Of a stretch of 30,666 nt of DNA, positions 24,601 to 30,600 are shown piece by piece; within the stretch, counting starts at the first letter, position 1; every line of letters starts with the position of its first letter. Source of the stretch: an uncultured Pseudomonadota bacterium (GTDB taxonomy: Bacteria; UBA10199; 2-02-FULL-50-16; JAJFLM01); contig CAZXZM010000001.1 in NCBI GenBank assembly GCA_964645365.1, forward strand, positions 8,677 through 39,342, written 5' to 3'. Both the position numbers and the translations under genes were made by a program. The notes under the pieces were generated by a model. That model was not told the DNA's origin. It saw only the letters and a list, made by a program, of their open reading frames with translations, and did not search any database.

Positions 24601-27600
24601 GCGAAGAGATCGTCTGTGGGATGGGACTGGTCGCACTCGATGACGATCAAGATGGAACGATCGATCAGTGCGGCACCTGTATCGAAGATACTGTTTATAA
24701 TGAGACGACCCATCAGTGCGAACCGTATGAACCGTGTGGTGTAAACGAGGTCTTTGTCGACGGTCTCTGTTGTGACGAAGCCATCCCCTTTGTGGTCGAC
24801 GGCCAGTGTTGTGACAGCGCCGATGGCCTTGGAGCTTGCGAAGGGAGCGAGTGCCCCGAAGGGCAAAGTTATAACGAAGATGCAGAGTCCTGCCAGTGTC
24901 CCGATGGCTCGACACCAGCGGAGGGTCCCTGCCCCCTCAATACCGATCCGGTCTTCATGCAACCGGCCCTGACAACCTATTCGGTCTTGCCGGATCAAGT
25001 GGTCAACTTTGTGGTCAACGCCTTTGATTCCGATGGAGATACGATCGTCTATTCGATGTCCGAAAACGATCCATTACTGATTCCAGACGAATCGTTTGAT
25101 CCGGACACCGGCATTTTCAACTGGACCGCGACCGACGCGGCGATCGGTAATCACACCCTTGAGTTTACCGCCCAGGACGTCAATCCCGACGGCGATCCGA
25201 TCGGTGACGGAACGATACGGACGGTCACGATTCAAGTCACCGACGGTACGGTGGCGGGTGAAGCGGTCTTTGGTGCCCACGTCGTCTTCACCACAGTCCG
25301 TGATGATGGATTTGCAAAAGGACGGTGGGACGGCATCTGGTGGGAAGACGACGGAACGCCTGACGGTCACTATACCGGGCACCTGCTCGACCTCGCCTTC
25401 CCCGGCACGGAAAGTATTGGAGCCCAGGCCCTGGAAGGGATAACGACCGAAACAAATGCACTCGACATTATCCTGAATAGCGACGCAACACGAGGACATC
25501 TCGTCTTGGCACGAAATGATGTCTATCCCGACGATTCGATGCTATCGGTCTATGCCCTCGTTACCGATGATTTTGGTCGCCCCTATCATGGAAATGCGGT
25601 GATTACTGTCGAAACGGCTGGACATGGCTCGGAGACACTCACCAAGGCTCCCGGAAAACCGGGAATCTACGAAGGTTTGTTAACGCTGAATGGCTTTGAT
25701 GCCGTCGATCAACCGATTACCGCCATACTAAAAGCGGGTGGCGTAACCCTCTTGAATACAGCTGGAGCAGCGGACGAAGAACAGGCACTGACACTGAAGG
25801 AAACGGTTGAAGACTTAAATCTGGTTGCTGGACACGCCGGTCTCCAGATTCCGAAACGCCCCTATTCCCCGAATGAAACCTTCGACGTTCCCCTTTACAT
25901 CGATACCAATGGGCTCGGCCTCTTCTCTTTCAGTATCGATGTCACCTTCGATAGTTCCCGGGTCGAGTTCACCGGCAACAAGATCACGTTGGTTGCCGGT
26001 TTTGATCCGATCAACCCGGCGACCCTCCATGCTGAAACCGATACAATTACACTGCTCTCCGGTTCCGCCTCGAATCAATTGGTCGGTGCCGGCAAGCAAC
26101 TCCTCGGCACACTCCACTTCAGAGTCAGAAATGGTGCCGCGATCGCACCGGTCAACTTTTCCGGCACCGCCACAGAGCTCTTTTACAGTGCGAGTGGAGC
26201 CCAGACCCCGCTCGCAGGTCATGGACAGGCACTGCAGCTTGCCGACGGGGGCGGAAACGGGAGCGGAGACTTGGCCTTGGTCGGTACCGAACTCCGCGGC
26301 ATTCTGGCCCATGCCAAAGACAGTCAATTGTTCGGTACTGTTCTCGGTGGACTGTCGCTTCCGAACGATCTGACCCAATCCTCAATCCAGCTCTATAAGG
26401 TTGAAAATAACGGCACCTTAAGCCTGGTGGCCGCTGGCTCCGCTACTTGCAATGACACGGCCGATAAGGTCAGTGACGCCTGTGTTAATTTCGCTGCCAC
26501 TACTGAAGGAATCGCCATCCTCGAAGTCGAATACAGTGAACATGGCGGAACCAAAACGATCGACAATCTCCAGGTGCAGGTCGACTGGATCGAGGGGAAC
26601 TCTATCGACGCGGGAGGGGATATTGAACTGGCCACCGATGACAGCGATGGGACAATTAAAAAGCTGGGCGGAACCGATAGCTATCCGAAGGTCCACACTC
26701 ATGCGATCTGGCATCGCGGCGATGGGGTCCGCCTTGATCTGACATCTCATACTACGCTGACCAGCACAGATAATGCGGTCTTCACTGTCAGCGATGGCAT
26801 CATTACGGTCCAAGGAACTGGCTCCGCCAATCTGGAAGGACTCGGCGCCAACCTCCCCTTAACGGTCGTCGATGAAATAGAAGATTTTAATATCGAAGTG
26901 GCTGTGCCCGCTCACGTCGCGATGGAGAGCGTCACTACACCGGTCAACCTCGCTGGAATCGATACCGACGGACGTGGCACTAGCGAGGTGATCGCCTCGG
27001 TCGTCAATACCTTCACCCATCTCGATGATGAGGCGCCAGTCACCGTCAGTGCCATTTCCGTCGACGGCAGCCGTTTTGATATCACTGATGAAGTGATTGC
27101 GGCCGAGGGCCTAAGTATCGGTGATGATAGTTTGGTCGATTTCAAGGCAGACGATTCCAATATCGTCATTCCGAAGACAACGGGCGAGCATACGACGACC
27201 GTCACGGCAGAATATGCCAGCAAACTTCCAGTGAGTTCGAATGTCCATCTCAACATCACCGCCCCACCGACGACATTGAATGGCTGTGAGCCAGTCGCGC
27301 GAAGCAATGATGATGCTTCAGCCAAGGTCTTGGGGCTCCCGATCTCCCGCGAACTCAGCGTCACTTATAATGGTGGGGCCGATACGATCCCGACAGGGAA
27401 CATTAACTTTGTCGTCACCTCGGGGTCTGAACTCGTTAAAACAACGGAGGTCGAAGGATCGCAACAACTTGAAGACAACAATATTGTCGAGGTCGAAGAC
27501 GATCTCGATACCGGCGGCATTGTTGTCATCGAACTCGAAGTCAACTACTTAGGTTTCCCGAATCAAGTCTGTACGCTTCCGGTCATGACCTTAACGGGAC

Positions 27601-30600
27601 TTTCGGCCTCGACCTATGAAGACTACGACCCGGCCGATCTTCCCCACTATACAGCTGCCGATGGAATCTTTGCCGCAACCGTCGCAGACAACACGATTTC
27701 AAAGATCGAGGGACAGGTAGCTGAATGGCAGCGAGTGCGTCTGGTGATCGAAGGGACCTGGACCGATGGAACGAGCACTTACTTAGGGCCGGTCCAGAGA
27801 GATCAGATCGGAGGCGATTTTGAGATCACACTTCCTGATGCCAATTACGGCCAAGGAGATGTCTTTGATGAAAACTCCGATGATGGAGCGTCTCCTTCCG
27901 GTTGGCCAGGCTCTTACCGATTGACCGCCACAGCAGGGGCGAGCTCAGGGGACATTACGGTTGGTGTCGCTGAACCTTCGGCCACTTCGACACTCGATCC
28001 GGCGACCCACGACATGACCTTTGAAAATAGCGCGACGACCTTTAATCCGGCCGGCACGATCGTCCGGGGTGAACATACCGGAATTGGTAACGGTCTCGAG
28101 GTAGGGATCGATAATGTTCAGGTTGGTGTCATCAATGGCGACGAGGATTTCGATGCGACCCTGATGGGCTTTGCCGGAACGGCTTACCCCTTGACTGTCG
28201 TCGGTCAGTTTACCGATGGAGAACGGATGATTGTGGCGAGCGAGACTAGTAATGTCACCGGCACAGACCTCGTCACCTTTGAGGTGGAAGAGCTCGAACC
28301 ACCGCAGATGGCGGCTGTTGACCTCCCCGCCTCGGTCGCGGTCGATGCCGACGGCAATATCACCCCGAGCGCCAATGGCGCGGTTCGAATCCCCATCAAG
28401 GTCGCCACCACCGAATCGGCCTTAAAAGAATATGATCTCATCTCCAATCTCCATCCAGTCGAAGAAGATCTGGATATCGGCCCGACTGCTGGTCGCTTTG
28501 TTCCGGTCTTGAGTGGAGGTGGGGCTCAACCGACCTTGGCCGTCCGGGTCAATACCGGTGCCGGTAACATCAGTATCTTTGAGTTTGCCTTGAACTACAA
28601 CCCGCAGGTGGTCACCTTTGATGTCGCGGGGATCTCCGGACCGACCGGCTTTACTGTCGAGGCGAATATCGATCCGCCGGATGCCCAGACCGCGGGGGGT
28701 ATCGATAGTGCCCAGTTACTGGTCAGCGGTTCCTATGTCGGTGCGGCCAAGAGTGGCATTGTCACGATTGCAACGATCCCAATCGCCAGTGCCCCCAAGG
28801 GTGGTGATGGTTACTTTGAACTGACCGGTTCGGCAACCACGGTCGTCGATAACGGGGGGCTGACAACGCTCTCAACACCAGAAGTCACCGCAGCAAAGGG
28901 ATGGGTCGATCCTGGCGGTATCAAGAACTATGCCGATGAATCGGGTGAAGGAACCTATGGTCCGTACGATATCGCCCGCCTGAAACAGGATATCATTGCA
29001 GGGATTCAGGCACCATTAGTCGATCAGTATTCCAACGCTCCCGCGACCGAACTGCTAGGTGACTACAATGGTGGGGGCATACAACCGGGCAATCCTGCCG
29101 ATGCCCCGAAAGCGGATTCCTTCGATACCGGTCTGGCGCTCCAAATCAACACCCTCAAATTTCACTTTACCTATCTGACACTGACACCGACCGGAGCAAC
29201 CGGACACTACCTCTTCCGTGCGCACCTCTTTGACAAAACGGGGACCGCGACCTGTGCCAATGGAATCGAATTTGATCATTACGATGTGGGGGTACCCGGA
29301 AATACGATCCTCTTTGACGATGCCATACCGGCCTGTACCGAAACGCTCGCCGAAAAGTATTATGAAGCCGAAGTGACCGTCGCTTACGACGCCACAATCG
29401 GCCTCAAGGCAACGGTGACCACAGAAACCGCAACCGGTTCGAATCCGATTGCCGTCCTCGGCCGTTTTACCGTCCAAGGGGAAGAGGGGGTCCTACCGGT
29501 TTGCCTCGAAGGAACCACTTACTGTGCCGCTTCGGATCAGTGCTGTGAAGGGGCGGATGAAGATATTTGTGGGGGAAGCTGTAGCGATCCGATCTGTCCG
29601 GTCGGCTATGAAATCGACCCGGCCACCGATATCTGTGTCCCGACAACTTGCGTCAATGACAATCAGTGCCCCTTCGATGCCCAATGCACCGACGGGTTCT
29701 GCACCGACGTCTGTGACGGGGTCACCTGCGGTGATGGTGAGTCCTGTTATCCGACCGGTAACCACAATTCTGACTGTGGCGATCCTTGTGAAGATGTGAT
29801 CTGTGCCGCCGACTTTGAATGTGAATTGGTTGGGGATCAGGCAGAGTGCTGCGATGAAGACAACAACTGTAATGAGATCGATAACTGCGAACCGGGAACC
29901 TTCTTGATCGATGATGATCACGACGGCCTCTTTGATCGCTGCGGCATCTGCTCGGAAGGAACTGAATACAATGTCGCCACGGGACAGTGTCTGCCGGAGG
30001 CTTGTGAACAAGCAGCCGATTGTGCCGGCAATGAGACCTGTGATCTTGTTTCCGGTGATTGTATCCCCTGCCCGCCGGGCCAGATCCGTGATCCGGCCAA
30101 CGACAATGCCTGTATTGCCTGTCCCGACGACAGTGATCCAGCCTGTTCACTCGCCTGTCCCGAAGGAACGAGCTGGAACAACAACATCAACGCCTGTGCG
30201 TCTGAGTGCGAAGCGAATGAGCCCTTGTTACTACCGGATGGTTCCTGTGCCAGCTGTCCTGCAGGACACATCTACGACCCAAGCGAAAATAAATGTAAGT
30301 ATATCTTCTGCGAAGAAGACGAAATCGATCCGGGTAACGAAACTCTCAATGAAGCGCTTGATCAAAACCAACTCGAATTGTCGGTCGATTACACCACGTT
30401 GGCCGCAAAACTAAATGCCTTTGAAAACCGCACAATCTTCTTTGTCGCCCCGAATGGCAGCGACACGATTCCGGGAGATCCAGGGGGAGGTGCCACCGAG
30501 GAAGAAGAGACCGCCTATGAAGAAGGTCTGCTCCGCGGCACAGTCGATAAGCCACTCGCCTCAGTCGCTAAGGCACTGGAACTGATCGAGGCCAAGGGGG

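Noticed and set aside
5340-29150. Classical cellulosome
   Set aside because: No glycoside hydrolase, CBM3 or SLH domain is recognisable in the window, and the cohesin/dockerin-like modules sit in an adhesin-like context.
3726-30311. CRISPR array or nucleotide-level tandem repeats
   Set aside because: Repeats exist only at protein level. I saw no identical 23-50 nt direct repeats with unique spacers.
3531-30555. Dozens of 60-370 aa ORFs in the track on both strands (e.g. 4482-5585 -, 13855-14694 +, 15687-16574 -, 24231-24998 -)
   Set aside because: All overlap the giant ORF. Several long minus-strand ones (e.g. 4482-5585, 24231-24998) are codon-aligned antisense shadows and the plus-strand ones are off-frame. 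The translations are low-complexity with no family motifs.
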